Part shown: positions 1-12,630 of the stretch, in pieces | How positions within the stretch are numbered: position 1 is the first letter of the stretch | How the letters are laid out: every line of letters starts with the position of its first letter | Source of the DNA: Utricularia gibba | Taxonomy: Eukaryota > Plantae > Magnoliophyta | Assembly: GCA_002189035.1 (NCBI GenBank) | Contig: NEEC01000009.1 | Location: 992,001 to 1,056,000, forward strand | Length of the DNA stretch: 64,000 nucleotides | Direction: 5' to 3' | Position numbers and translations under genes: made by a program | The notes under the pieces: model-generated | The model's input: the letters and a program-made list of their open reading frames with translations, nothing else | What the model was told of the DNA's origin: nothing | Databases searched by the model: none

Positions 1-17
1 TGCAAATATCTTAACAG

Positions 18-428
18 GGTGCTCATGTTGAGGCTGTGAAATCACACCCTTCTTCCGACGGATTCGATTTGTATGATGGCCTTGATGACTTGGATATCCA
101 TCCACGCTTGAATGAAGACCATCTCTATTTGTCGGGGATGCATCATGAAAACAATGAGTTAAACCCCCTCTTCCTGGATGAAATGGGCTACATTGAACTT
201 GATGATCTGATGGGGCCACTAACCAGCTCCGCTGAAGAGCTGCTATTCGGATGCTACGGTGCCAACAGGTTTCAGCAGCTCAACCACCAAGGCACAGGTC
301 TGAATCAGTACCCACTTTCATCAGCCCCTCTTCCTCCCTTCCCTACAGGAACCATGGGTACTGCCGGCAATCCAGAACTGCCTCAGACAACAATGCCTTC
401 AACAAGCGTACGTTTCACTGCCCAATGA
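18..428 (+). CDS. Internal or terminal exon of a gene that begins left of the window; acidic low-complexity region resembling a NAC transcription factor C-terminal domain
   Basis: Acceptor ttaacag at 11-17, then open frame GAHVEAVKSHPSSDGFDLYDGLDDL...GYIELDDLMGPL. Possible further intron at about 408-496. No diagnostic domain inside the window. Confidence 0.35.
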   Translation, partial: GAHVEAVKSHPSSDGFDLYDGLDDLDIHPRLNEDHLYLSGMHHENNELNPLFLDEMGYIELDDLMGPLTSSAEELLFGCYGANRFQQLNHQGTGLNQYPLSSAPLPPFPTGTMGTAGNPELPQTTMPSTSVRFTAQ

Positions 429-1005
429 CCGATCTTGTATCAAGTTGCAATGCAAAACTTCCACCTTATTCCATTCTTTGCTTGCTAAAAATGCAGGGAT
501 GCTATGAGCTTCTGCCGGCATCGAATGCTGCCACCGCCTGTGGTTCGGAGCAGCTGCCTCCGCCACAGCAATAACGACGACCCTGAATGGAAGGGAAGGG
601 AAGTGATAAGTTCCCTGGTACATGAAGTGCTTACGTGCTTCTCCACAGCAGGATGTGGATACTTGCGATTGCGAGATCGCTGTTGAAGGGCTCTCGTTCA
701 TGTCTGGAAGCTATATTCGCTTCCATCTTGTTCTGCTTGTGTTTGGAGGAACTCTGGATGTTGGTTTCTGTACTCTGTTGCTGTCACCATTTCTGAATAA
801 CAACGCTGCTTTAATTTACTGTTTTGTTTTTTAATGTAGTAGCCGTTACCCGTATTCTTTTTTTTTTTTTGGTATTTAAAATATCATTATGAACAAGAAT
901 TTATTAAATGTAAATATTAACTTTATAAAATAAAAGAAATAATAACGAGGCCCAATATGAAGACACAGGCGGAGTCCATTTCAATGGAACCGTTTCTTCT
1001 CAACG

Positions 1006-1013
1006 TTTCCCGC
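1006..1013 (+). promoter_or_regulatory. E2F-binding site upstream of FAS2
   Basis: TTTCCCGC matches the E2F consensus TTTSSCGS, about 370 nt upstream of the FAS2 ATG. CAF-1 genes are S-phase/E2F-regulated. Confidence 0.6.
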
Positions 1014-1381
1014 CGTCGCCCTCTAACAGGAACTGGCACTAAGCGCGCCAGAAGGTCTTGTGGCGAAAGTGCTCTCCCTGTTGTGCTTCAGACGTGTGTC
1101 AATTAAGCTCAGCCTGAGTATCATTTGTCAGTCGCGGATCATAAACTGTGAAGGATTCTTTTCTTGTGTGTATGTGTCCATAATTTTGTATTTTCAAGGG
1201 TTTGTGCTCAGGATTGTAATTATTGTTGTATTCTGGAAGTGATCTTGGTTTTGGATGACTAGCTGGTTTGTTTTTCTACACAGAAACTGTGGTGTCTCGA
1301 TCGGGAGTTTTATTGTGTTTGTGGGATGTGAAGGTTTCAGTTGACGGGAACTTAATAATTTGTTGAAATTGCAGTCTTGCA

Positions 1382-3935
1382 ATGAGGGGTGGAACAGTTC
1401 AGATTAATTGGCATAGCTCTGAGCCGGTTCTCTCCTGCGATTTCCATTCACTCTCTGGCCTCCTTGCCACCGGCGGGGCTGACCATGACATTAAGGTGCC
1501 ATATGTTTGTTGAACTTGTTTTCGAATTTACCTGGTTCAAAATCTTCGCATTTCCTGTTTTGAGATGGTTTTTTTTCCTTCCGTTTATGTCGTCTTGTTT
1601 TCACTCATTTGTCCATTGTCAATGATGAAGGAAACTTTCGATTACTTGGGAATATCATAGCTCTTACTGTTTGTAACTAATGTAGCTGTGGGCGTTGGCC
1701 TCTGGTCGAGATCAAACGAGAGAGATTGAGATTGCGTACAAATGCAATCTTTCGTGTCATAGTTCTGCTGTCAATGCACTGCGTTTCTCACCTTCGGGTA
1801 CGTTACCTGTACATATCACAAGCATTCTGATGTTTATGATTGAGCTTACAGAACCGCTTGCCTGCTCTTCATTTTGTTCTTGATTCTGGGAAAAAACACT
1901 TTCCGTGCCTTATTTTTGTAATATTGTCATTCCATTAATATGTTTTCTGAGACACGAATGTGCACCGAAATTGCAGGAGACATGCTTGCCTCTGGTGCTG
2001 ATGGTATTCTTTTTCTCCTTGAGAATGAATGTTCTTTTGAAGAGAACTTTTAGAACCATCTTCACTGAATATATTTTTCCTTAAGGAGGTGAGCTGATTT
2101 TATGGAAATCTCACACTACTGATGCTGGTGAAGTATGGAAGGTTTTCAAATCATTGCTGTGAGCATTTGGACAAGCCTATCATATTGAAAAGCTCATATT
2201 TCTATAATTATCATGTTGAATCCATTAGACTCACTTTACGTGTATCTCCCCCATCTTTAAATTTTACTACTGAACAACTTCAGGTCTCACCGTAAGGATG
2301 TTTTGGATATACAATGGTCCAGTGATGGGGTGTATTTACTTTCTGGTTCGGTTGATAACTCGTGCATTCTATGGGATGCGCATAAGGGTATGCTAGACGA
2401 AATTTGCCGATTTGAGAGGTTAATGAGCTAAAGTCCATTAACTCAGCTTAGTTGTGATGTAAACAGGTTCTGCCCTTCAAAGTTTGGATGCACATTCACA
2501 CTATGTTCAAGGTGTAGCATGGGACCCGTTGGGGAAATATATATCATCACTCAGTGCAGACAGAACCCTTCGGATTTACATCAACAAGCCATCAAAAGCA
2601 AAAGGGTTTAGAAATACCAATTTTGTGTGTCAAGATGTTATCTCGAAGATGGATCTGCAGACAACTGATGACTCAAAGGTTTTCTTTTTATTGGTTCATA
2701 TTCAGAAGGCTTTCAGTGTAGTGAAACTTCTGATCATGACCTCAATACCATTTAACCCATGCATATGGATTTGCTTTTTAGTCTACCAGAAGCCATCTTT
2801 TCCATGACGAAACTCTGCCATCCTTCTTCCGAAGATTAGCCTGGTCACCGGATGGAGCGTTTTTAGTGGCTCCTGCTGGTACTGAAACTTTGTATACTTT
2901 AAATGACCATCCGGTTTCTAGAGCATGATACAGTATTATTGAGAAATACTTTAAGGAGAGTGATTAAGGGAAAGTATTCTTATATATTGTTTGCGGAAAT
3001 TAAGCGGTAATACCCTGTTCTGACATTGCAGGTTTATATAAAACTACACCATCTTCAGAAGCTGCCCATGCTGCGTATATTTTTTCAAGAAAGGATTTTT
3101 CCAGGCAAGTTTCATGTATGACATGCAATAACTATGGACTCTAATTTTCTGATCTCATAATGTGAGCTGTACAGGCCCACTCTCATGCTTCCATGTTCCA
3201 GCAAGCCAGTTGTTGCAATACGGTTTTGCCCCATTAAGTTCCGTTTGCGTGGAACAAGCACGTGTATGTTCTTCCTCCCTGAATCACTGATCACGCGTAA
3301 TCCCATAGCTGAATTTTGATGCAGTATCTTCATATTCTCTGGTTCTTCAGCTCCAATTTTCAAGATTCCGTATCGCCTTATTTTTGCGGCTGCCAGTTTA
3401 GACTCCTTATATGTGTACGATACTGAGAGCATCCAACCAATTCTAGTCGTAGCTGGTGCACATTATGCTGCGATAACTGATATCGCATGGTAATCTTCAT
3501 TATCAATTTTTTATAGAAATTTTCATCCTTGACTTAACTTTACAATGCCATAATCTCAAATCGTTTCAGGTCTGCTGACGGCAAATATCTAGCACTAGCA
3601 TCTCGGGATGGCTACTGTACAGTTCTCGAGTTCGAGGAAAGTGAACTTGGTTCACCATGGGCCTCCTCAGGTTTGCAAGCCTTCTCTGCGCAACAGCAAT
3701 CCTAAAATGCCTCTCTTAACAAGGTCACTTCATTTCAGAAGAAGAGGTCAGTCAGGATGCCGACAAGACCATCGTCACCCACGATGTATCTGAAGATGCA
3801 AGAAAAAGTGTAGGAAATGCGAAGGGTGATGACATAAAGGATGATGGCAAAGAAGCCACACGATCACAGACACAAAATGAGGGTACAAGGATGAATGCCC
3901 CCAAGAAGAGGGTTACCCCTTTCAGAATTGATTGA
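1382..3935 (+). CDS. FAS2: Chromatin assembly factor 1 subunit B (CAF-1 p60), WD40 protein, multi-exon
   Basis: Spliced translation [38 protein letters not shown]...[14 protein letters not shown]...[11 protein letters not shown]...[22 protein letters not shown]...C-terminal [10 protein letters not shown]. Exons join in frame; one GC-AG intron (3105-3174). Confidence 0.95.
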
Positions 3936-4435
3936 CCTGGTGAAAAAGCGACTATTACTTGTCCAAATCTGCCATCTCCTGTAGATTTCCTCTTTTCCCT
4001 TCTTACCAGAACATGTCCCCAATGTGTGATCTGGTGTAGGTTCCATCTTTTTGAATTAACTTGTCCCACCAGGGCTTGCTGTTTTGTGCTTTATATGGAA
4101 CATTTATTATTGCGTTTGAAATACAGGTTCTCAAAACAAGAAAGTCAAAAGCTTTAGAAAAGTTATGTACATATTGGGGAAGCTCAAGTCAGAGTCGCAA
4201 TACAAGACTTTCAAAAGATCCTAACGCAGCACAAAGTTCATCCATCAAAAGGGGCTTGAAAAGTTGAGTGAGAAAAGTAGTAGAAGGGAAGTTAAAACAG
4301 AAACTGGAAAAAAATGGGGGATGATACTTGAACGATTCGAATGACCTTCTTCTAGCTTCTGTTGGTACATTTTCAGAGAAACTAAGCAACGGGAGTCTCC
4401 TAAATCTGACTGAAAGAAACCCACAATCGGGGACA

Positions 4436-5098
4436 TTATTGAAAATCAAAGAATTGATTGAAGTTGAAAAGACCAAACGGGGAAGAGCCCGGAGACGGGG
4501 ACACCAGTGGAGCCGAAAACATCGTCGCCGGACTTGGAATGAACATGTTGAATGATGGGTCCGATGGCGGCGAGAAGAATCCTGTCGGAATCGGGGGTAA
4601 GCCTGTCGGAGCCGGAGACAAGATCCCTTGAATTCCGCCGCTCAAAGAAACCCCGCTGTTCTCGATTAAATCCGCCACGGAGTTTCCGTCAGAGGGGTTT
4701 ACGGCGGGTGTGGGTTCTTTTTGAGTAACAGGGCTTGCTTTCTCTATTGAGGCGAGCCTCGCCGCAGGAGAAAGGGATCCGCTGGGATTCGACGACGACG
4801 CGCTGCTGTTGCCTGTGAGTCGCTGAACGAGGCTCATGAAGTCGCCCACAGTTGTGTGGATGATTCTGGGCGAAACCGCGTAGATTATTACGGGCTGACG
4901 ATCTTCGGTGGGAACCGGCGGCGGCAGCTGCGGGTTGTGCTTCTGTGGAGGTTCTCCGATTGGGGGTTTCTTGATTCTGAAAGAATCCTTGTTGACTTTG
5001 AGAGCGGTGGGGCGTGGACCTTGCAACTCCTTCCGTGGAGCAGAACGTTGGCCGCGGCCGGTGGCGTTGCTGGAGGAGAAGAACTCCGGCGAGCTCAT
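4436..5098 (-). CDS. MKS1: VQ-motif protein, MAP kinase substrate 1-like, intronless
   Basis: FMSLVQRLTG VQ motif plus MKS1-type blocks GPRPTALKVNKDSFRIKKPP, PVIIYAVSPRIIHT, SPAARLASIEK and GILSPAP. ATG at 5098 (MSSPEFF). Confidence 0.9.
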   Translation of the reverse strand: MSSPEFFSSSNATGRGQRSAPRKELQGPRPTALKVNKDSFRIKKPPIGEPPQKHNPQLPPPVPTEDRQPVIIYAVSPRIIHTTVGDFMSLVQRLTGNSSASSSNPSGSLSPAARLASIEKASPVTQKEPTPAVNPSDGNSVADLIENSGVSLSGGIQGILSPAPTGLPPIPTGFFSPPSDPSFNMFIPSPATMFSAPLVSPSPGSSPFGLFNFNQFFDFQ

Positions 5099-5448
5099 CG
5101 ACGGGAATGGAAAATTCGATTTCTCGTCCAGTTGAATGCGCCGTGTGCGGGGGAAGGGACGCTGATTGGTAAATGGCACGACAACAACCCAATTAAATAA
5201 AAATATTTTTAAGTCTTTTTTTAATAATTTATAAAATAATCAGATTTTACTGCGCATTCCGTCTTTCATACTTCTCGTCATTCACCGGCCATCAACAATT
5301 ATGTTCACGATCAGCGAGCCAGCGGCGGCGTTGGAATGATCGCCGGTGGCGGTTGATCGGAGAGAAACTGGCAGTTATTCTGCGACTGAGTAATTTCCAA
5401 GTGAGGTGGATGTTGCAGAAGGAAAACAGGTCGTTTGGGGAGATGTGT

Positions 5449-7468
5449 TCATTGTTGGGGAGGAGGATTTACATTCCAATGTCTTAACATCCCTCTCCAG
5501 CTACAATCCCTGTCGATACACACACCGATTCGCTCATCCTTGATCCTGATTCTCCAATGCCCATCGGAGTAATTCGCCTTTTCAGCTTCTCTTCTGTCCC
5601 ATTCAAGCTGCGCTTTCTGTAACGTTTTGAGTAAGCAGAAGCTCTGTAACTCCTTCGTCATCGAATCGTGCATCTTCCACCATCTTCTGTGCGCAGCGTC
5701 GCTGGCGAACTCTCGCAATCTTCCCACGTTCCAGTTGCAGTCGTAGTCCTTGAAACACGCCCATGGCTTGTTTCCCAGTAAATGTAGAACGTAAAGGATT
5801 GGTGGGTCTGCAGAGAACAGCTCAAGTTTCTTCTTTTTCGCTGCGTAGTCGTCTCCTTCCAGAAATGCTTCAGGAAGTTCATGTGTCTCGGTATCCTGTG
5901 CCACCATGTGAATATCTCGTTCAAGTACCCCTGTTTGTGTCACGGTTATTGCTGATCATGGAATCGAGGATCAAACAGAGAAACTATTGTTTTGCACCTG
6001 GTCTCCTCCATTGCTTGAATAAATCTTGTCAACATTGTCCATGAGAAGCTGGAAGGTACAGTTTGATGGCTCTATGACCATCACACCGGAGTTGAAAAAC
6101 GATCCGTCATTTCCGGTTGCGGAGATCTCCGGCATCTGAAACAGAATGTCGATGTTCCTGAGAATTAACATGTCTGAGTCTATGAAAATTATCTTATCAT
6201 AATCTATGAGTTGCCATAGCCTAAACTTGCTGTAGTTCCACTCATTGTACGAGTCTTTCTCAGCATTGGGATTTCTTATTCTTTCTATGGTTCTAACTTG
6301 CCAGCCCGCAGCTTCAAGTCCGCGCCTGTTATGCTCACTGATCGATTCGTCCACCAGAATCACGAGGTCCCTTGTCGAACCAGACATCTTGATGCTCTGT
6401 GCTACAACTATGGCTCCACAGACGTAGGAATAAACTGAATGCAGGATCGTCGCATAGGCCTCACGTTGCTGCTTTACTGCATAAGTCCCTTTGGTTTCTA
6501 GTGCAAGTTCACATGATCCTACAGGGAGAGTAAGCTTCTGTCTCAGTGCACTCAATTCTGGTTTATAGAGCCATGTGTTTCCCTCATGTGCAACAAGATC
6601 TTTGCAAGTGAACAGATCAGGCATCGGAATACATGTTGTCACAAGCAGCAGATGCAAATGGCGGCTTGGTCTGCGTGACACGATCAATTTCGCTGCTGCA
6701 AGTTGTAAGTGTAAACGAGCAACGTCCCTGGACTTGTTCCGGCAGGGAAGCTTCACAGCAATCAAATCAAGCCTTTGTTGTGGAATTACAAGAGATGGAA
6801 AAGAGGGGCACCTTGGAACTTCTTCTGTTTCATGCTCCTCGTCGATCCATTCGGGTACAGCGTCTCCCACGTCACGTTTTCATCTGCGTGTTCGAGATTC
6901 AGCAAGATGTGATTTGCGTTTGGCAGAATATGTTTCCAGTCATGGATCTCACTGCCATTGAAATTCAGAAGACCGATCCCTTTCACATTTGTTTCTAACG
7001 GTAAATTACTTAGAATCTTGGCAGCTTCTTCACTGCTGAAGGAAAAATCTGCTCTGTATCTTGAATCTGTGGCGCCCCCTACGTACCTACTCAGACAAAC
7101 AAATGCATTCAGAGGAAGAATTCCTGCTACTGAAGAGATCACTTGTTATTATACTCACTGAGAAAAGGTCTGGTTTTTCGCAGTTCTTCTACAAGCTGCC
7201 CGAGACGAAAGGATGAAGAGAAAACCGCTGAGGAGAAGTGCAAAGACTACATATTTCAAAGGGTTCCCTTTCCAATTTGTGATCTTCCCTGCAGTTGAGA
7301 ACGTGAGAGGATTCTGGGCATTCTTAGCCTTGATTCTCTGCATCCTTCTTCTGTAAATATCACCTCTGTTGAAGCCAGAATGTCAAACTGTGCACGAACC
7401 ATAGAAATCTCTAACTCGCAGGGAATACTCACTCACATTCTCTGTCTTCCATCCATGGATTTTTGCAT
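5449..7468 (-). CDS. GUX: GT8 UDP-glucuronate:xylan alpha-glucuronosyltransferase (GUX/PGSIP family); two apparent 1-nt frameshifts
   Basis: N-terminal TM segment, REAYATILHS...YVCGAI, DYDKIIFIDSDML (DxD motif), FNSGVMVIEPSNCTF, GGDQGYLNEIFTWWHR, LHLLGNKPW. Frame breaks at about 6853-6855 (LYP/EWID) and 5859-5860 (HFW/EGD). The 5' start is approximate. Confidence 0.9.
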
Positions 7469-8127
7469 CACGCAATCAGAGAACAGGAGGAGCACAAGAA
7501 CTTCGCAGCGCATCATCGTCTCTTTAAGGCATTGTGCCAAAAGGATGGTAAGCAACCAACATGAGAAACTCATTTGAAGATCACAATGCATCATCCCAAA
7601 AGGAATGATATCTGCACTTGCCAAACCTGTGCCCAACATTTACAGCAAAATTCGTTTACTCCAACTCCGGTTTAGTGCCTCTCTTGATGGAATTCACTCG
7701 TTTTCTTTATAAAGCTTTAGTCTTTAATTGTGGGTCGAATATTATATATTCTAATATATCTTTGGTGGATTCATAGGTCAATAAAAGATTTTCAGGATTC
7801 AAGATACGTGACATTTTCAAAGGGGGAAACTCAGAATAAATAGTGGGAGGAAAGAAAAGAAACCTGAAACTTCTTGGAAAGAGTTTATCATACAATTCTT
7901 TTCAGGAAAAAAAGGCGTCTCTTTCTACCCCTCTGAAGCGTCCAGAATCCAGGAAAACTAACGGGGAGGCGGCGGGGTGTGGTGGCGAGCTTAGACGAAA
8001 GGCTACTTCGTTCAAAACTGAACTGGTAACTGTTGGGTTGCAGCCTGCAGGGAGTTTTGGTCACAAAAATTGTAATTTTAATGTATTAAATATCAAAGAG
8101 ATATTTTTTGTTGTGCAGGGGGCGAGA

Positions 8128-8214
8128 ATGAGGTTGGAACCTCCAAAGAATGGATTCATGGCTGTGGCCTTCCCAACGAATTCAATCTTCGTCCATTCTT
8201 CTACCTTCTATTGA
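8128..8214 (+). other. Candidate uORF (28 aa) in the spliced ATG13 5' leader
   Basis: Acceptor tgtgcag at 8112-8118, then ATG...TGA encoding MRLEPPKNGFMAVAFPTNSIFVHSSTFY*, followed by a gtaaga donor near 8256. The leader structure is inferred. Confidence 0.4.
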
Positions 8215-8517
8215 ATTCTCACCTGCAGTTGAGCAGCGGATACGACAATTGACTTGGGTTTTAACGTAAGACTATCCAAACCTGGTTGATTGCGTGGCAT
8301 TGCATCCTACCCAGCTCTTTTTTCTGCTTTTGGTTCTTGGCTGGAGTTTCGAGTTTCTTCCTCTTTTATCATGTTTTAGTTTTTTGTGGGTTCAGGAGTT
8401 TGTTTCAAAGCTGACTATCCCGCATACTCAAAGCTGTTGATTTGGGGGAATCAAGGTGGGCTCAAGGGCTTTCTGTAAGATCGGGTTGTTCTTCGACGAG
8501 TTTGAAACCCTGGAAGT

Positions 8518-10388
8518 ATGTTGTCTATTACTCAATCGGAACCTGCGAAGATGGAACAGATAATCACTGAGTTTTTCGCTAAAAGTCTTCACATAATACT
8601 GGAATCTCGCTGCCCTTATGTCTCATCGCGCAATTACAGCGGCGATCAACATATTCACGGTCCATCTCCGTCCCGCTCGCTGTTGTCCACGCCGAGTTGT
8701 AAGCCCAGGGATAAATGGTTCAATCTGGCCTTGAGGGATTGCCCAGCAGCTTTGGAAAATATTGATTTTTGGAGGCAGGCTCATCTTGAACCTATGATAG
8801 TTGATGTGATTTTGGTGCTTGCTTCCCCTAAAAGAGGGCTTGCTCAGAATTCTTGTGGTGCTGATAATGATGAACTGTGTGATCCGAAGAATGTGAAGAT
8901 CATCGAGAGATGGGTATTACAATACGAGAACAAGCGGAACTCTGGAAATGTAGGTGGTTCTTCTGGGTGTAAAAGATCATGTTCTCCCAGTTCTCAGACG
9001 TTTTATAAGAAGTCAATACTGCTGTTAAGATCCTTGTATGCAACTCTTCGACTTTTGCCTGCTTATAGGTTGTTTCGTGATCTTGTTTCATCTGCCAAGA
9101 TCCAGTTTTATAATCTTTGCCACCGGATTTCGACATTTGTTGAGCCATTTACTCGTGGAGAAGAAGCAGACATGAGAAGATTTGTGTTCACTCCTCTTGA
9201 AACTTCATGTGGCAGGCTTTGCCTTTCAGTCCAATACAAATCATCTGTTTTGGATGTAAATTCTGAGCCTTCAACTCCTATATCGTCACAGCTCATTCCA
9301 GAATATGTTGGCAGTCCTTTAGCAGAGCCACTGAAAAGGTTTCCATCTCTTCCTACCTCAAGCAGCCCCTCACGTCCATCCCCGTTTCACAGACGCCATA
9401 GTTGGAGCTTTGACTTGTATTGTGCATCATCACCTTTGTCTTCATCACCATCATCGAGACAGATTTGCGATCGTTCTTCTGTATCTCCATTTCCATCTAC
9501 ATCTTCCTCACCCTTCACTCCTCCATCCGATAAGCTACACCGTACTCCATCAAAGACTAATCCTCCAAGTCCATCACAGCGATTGCCACCATCAGGCCTT
9601 CATGAACCCAACTCCCCAAATGACGAGGTAGCCCTGGTTCATTTTGTAGTGCATTGAAGAGTATTTATCTCTTACACCTTCCTCACTGCAGTTCTCAAAT
9701 TCCGGAAAGGGTGATAAGTTGGTGGACTGTAAGCAGCCTTCTAGAAGTGCTTCTAGACTATCCCCTTACAATGAGCAAGCTGAATCTGCCTTCTCTGGAG
9801 CGTTTATCGTAGATGACGATGATCTGATGGAGCCAAACATACGGTATATATACAAATGTCAAGACTTCATTTTTAATTCTCCGGCTTCAAACCTATGTGG
9901 TTCTTGAACATATTTTATGTGTTTTCTGTTCCACATTCTCTTCTGCTACATGTATTAGCAGAAGCACTCTACTCTTCTTTAAACAAATGCATTTGAACTC
10001 TATGAAGGGATTGAAAGCCCCTGTTATGCAATATTGGTGTTAGTTTCTGTCCATATGTGATCTGGGAATGGGGTATTTGATGCTTACATGTCTTCCATTA
10101 CGCTGCCTGCATAGATCTATTACACCACAAGGCCAGGTTGAAACGGTAGCCAAGAAATCACGAGATGCTGCAGTTGGTGCTCTGGTTCATATGCTGAAGA
10201 AAGCACCTCCTCTCTCCAGAGCCCACACCACCGGTGTGCCAAGCCCTGAACTGCAGAAGTCCCCAACTCCCCAGCAACCATCTGCTTCATCAACTGGGAA
10301 AACTATAGCAGATGCACTGCGCGAGCTCCTGGAGTATTCCAGGATGAAGGAACAGATTTTGGAGCAAAGTAAAGCTTCTGAGGCGTAG
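8518..10388 (+). CDS. ATG13: Autophagy-related protein 13 (ATG13b-like), 3 coding exons
   Basis: HORMA-type N-terminus MEQIITEFFAKSLHIILESRCPYVSSRNY, DKWFNLAL, IIERWVLQYE, YKKSILLLRSLYATLRLLPAY; C-terminal DAAVGALVHMLKKAPPL. Exons 8518-9627, 9692-9843, about 10113-10388. Confidence 0.93.
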
Positions 10389-11477
10389 TCTTTGGAGCCT
10401 GGTTTGATCTCCCAGCGAATGGGGTGGAGCTAGGCCTCTTAATTAAGTTTCCTGTGCAGTTTTTTTCCATTTTCCTGACACTAAACTGCTCTGTCTAGTT
10501 GCTGCTACGCAGTTGTGTACATAGGTGAGCCTAATGCTGGCGTAATAGCTTGTACATATACATCTGATCGGCATCAAGTACATATATTTATACTATGCAG
10601 CTATGCTTCTGCTTCATGCTTCTTTTTAGACCGCAGGGGGGATGTTTCTAAATGCAACGTTGTTTAGGGGCGTCTTTCCAAAAATGGAAGGTCTTTGAAG
10701 GGCCATTGGGCTTCGATTCCATCTCAGAATTCCAGGGCTGATTTCCTTTGGGCTCGGCCCAATGGGTCTTCCCAACCATCATGCTGTTCACCAGCATGTA
10801 GCCCAACCCAATTGAAAGAAGGCAGAATAATTTCATTTAATTAATAATATATTTAAATTACTTATTTTTATTATGATTAAAATTGATAATGTATCTAAGA
10901 TACATGATTCATAAATATATTTTAAAATAATATCTTTTTTTATACATATGAGATAAAAAAATCAAAACTTATATCAAAATAGAGTTTCCTTTCATTTCTG
11001 ATAAAAAAAAATTAGATTTTTCTTTAGAGTTATTTTTAATACTTTGTTACATTATTTTAATGAATTGTTTTTTATTCATACATAATTTAACCAACCAACC
11101 AAACAAATAAACAATATTTAGTTTCCTACCAAAACCATCCATATTAATCCAACATAACACATCCTAAGAGTTTTCAAAAACATGGTTGAAGAGATTATAA
11201 AAGTGTTTTATAACTAATGTATATAATGGAAAATATACCCATTAAATAGTTTTCAACATAGGTAAAATAAATCTATCAAACATCATTTCCACTCTAATGT
11301 ATAAATATTAATCATGATACACCTATATTGAGATTAATTAAATAATTAAAAAAAATAACTAAAGCATACAGCAAACTATTGTAGCAGTTCAGATGCTCAA
11401 GGAGCCATCTGGTTTCTGAATGTCATCTCATCTTTTATGTCTTCCATGGCTTATAGGTGACGAGTCAGGCCTTACGT

Positions 11478-12630
11478 TCATTCAGCGACTGTTCTCTCCA
11501 GGATGAACATGTTCTCCTTGTCGTCTCTGCCAATCCTCAGCGACTCATCCACGTAGCTGTAGAAGCGCAGAGTCACTGATGATTCTGATGCATTTATCTT
11601 AATTTTGAGATTCAGTATCATCAACTCACGTTAGCTCCAGCCATCCCTCCGGGTTGAAAATGTCGAGCAGAAGATCGTAGTTCTTGCGGAACACGTTCAT
11701 CAGCTGTGGTTGATGATCATATCAATCCCAGGAAATGAATCATCAATGTGAAGAAGACGAGGCCTTATTTACCTGGGGTGGAGTTATCTCTGCTTTTGCG
11801 AAGCTGATATCTACTCGCTGCATGAACCAGTTATAGGAATCCATGGTGTAAGATATCAGAAACGCAACAGGTACTCACTGTTTTTGAGGCAATCTTGAAT
11901 GCGGCCTCGATTCTCAATTCTCCGCCCAACAGGCTCAGCCCTCTGGCGTTGAACTTGATGACATTCACCGCTTTACCCTCGATTCAGGAATTTGGATGTC
12001 AGGAACCCAAAAGTGTGGCAGACTGAATCCAGTGGTGTGCTACTGAATGGTACCTGAGTAATGTCAATAGACTGGAAGAAATCCCCCAAAGTTATGAAGT
12101 CACGCAGTCCAAGTTTGGTCCTTTTTGAGCCAAGGATGGTGATTGTGCTGTAAATCAGTCTCCAATCTCCAGCTACCTGGACCATTGTTCTCTTCAACTA
12201 ATCAACTGCTTGGTAGTTGAACGATAACAACACTTGGGTTACCTTTTCGAGAGTGGAAGTGGGATCTGGGAAGGGAGTTTGGGACTCAAGAAGAGCAACC
12301 AAGTTGTCAATTTCAGTTTTCTTGGAGGAGGGTACTCCAAATATACCCCTGTTTATGCCTGAAAGGAACAAGCAAAAATCAACTAAAGAATGCCTCTTTT
12401 TCTCCATATCGTTCTCATGTACCTTCCAGGGCAGAAAGAAGAGCTTGTTTTTCGTTGGATTGTTGGGTAATTCCATAAGCTGCTGCTGCAGCTCGGGAGG
12501 AAGCAGGAGACTGGGACAAGATCCCTAATCTGATTCCAGCTCCAGCACTGGGAGAGGCTATCAAGCTCGGCATTCTATGGGGTTGTGGAGGAACCACGTG
12601 TTGGGCTATGACTGGCGATTGAACAGCCAT
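11478..12630 (-). CDS. FBN5: Plastid lipid-associated protein, fibrillin 5
   Basis: Transit-peptide-like N-terminus, [91 protein letters not shown]. Six exons join in frame. Confidence 0.9.

Noticed and set aside
4689-5200. Overlapping alternative-frame and antisense ORFs over MKS1
   Set aside because: Expected in GC-rich intronless coding sequence; no independent signal.
10700-10725. GGGCTTCGATTCC resembling a tRNA T-loop
   Set aside because: No cloverleaf, acceptor stem or A-box could be formed.
10830-11380. AT-rich block as a MITE or Helitron
   Set aside because: No terminal inverted repeats, target-site duplication or Helitron ends could be identified by eye.
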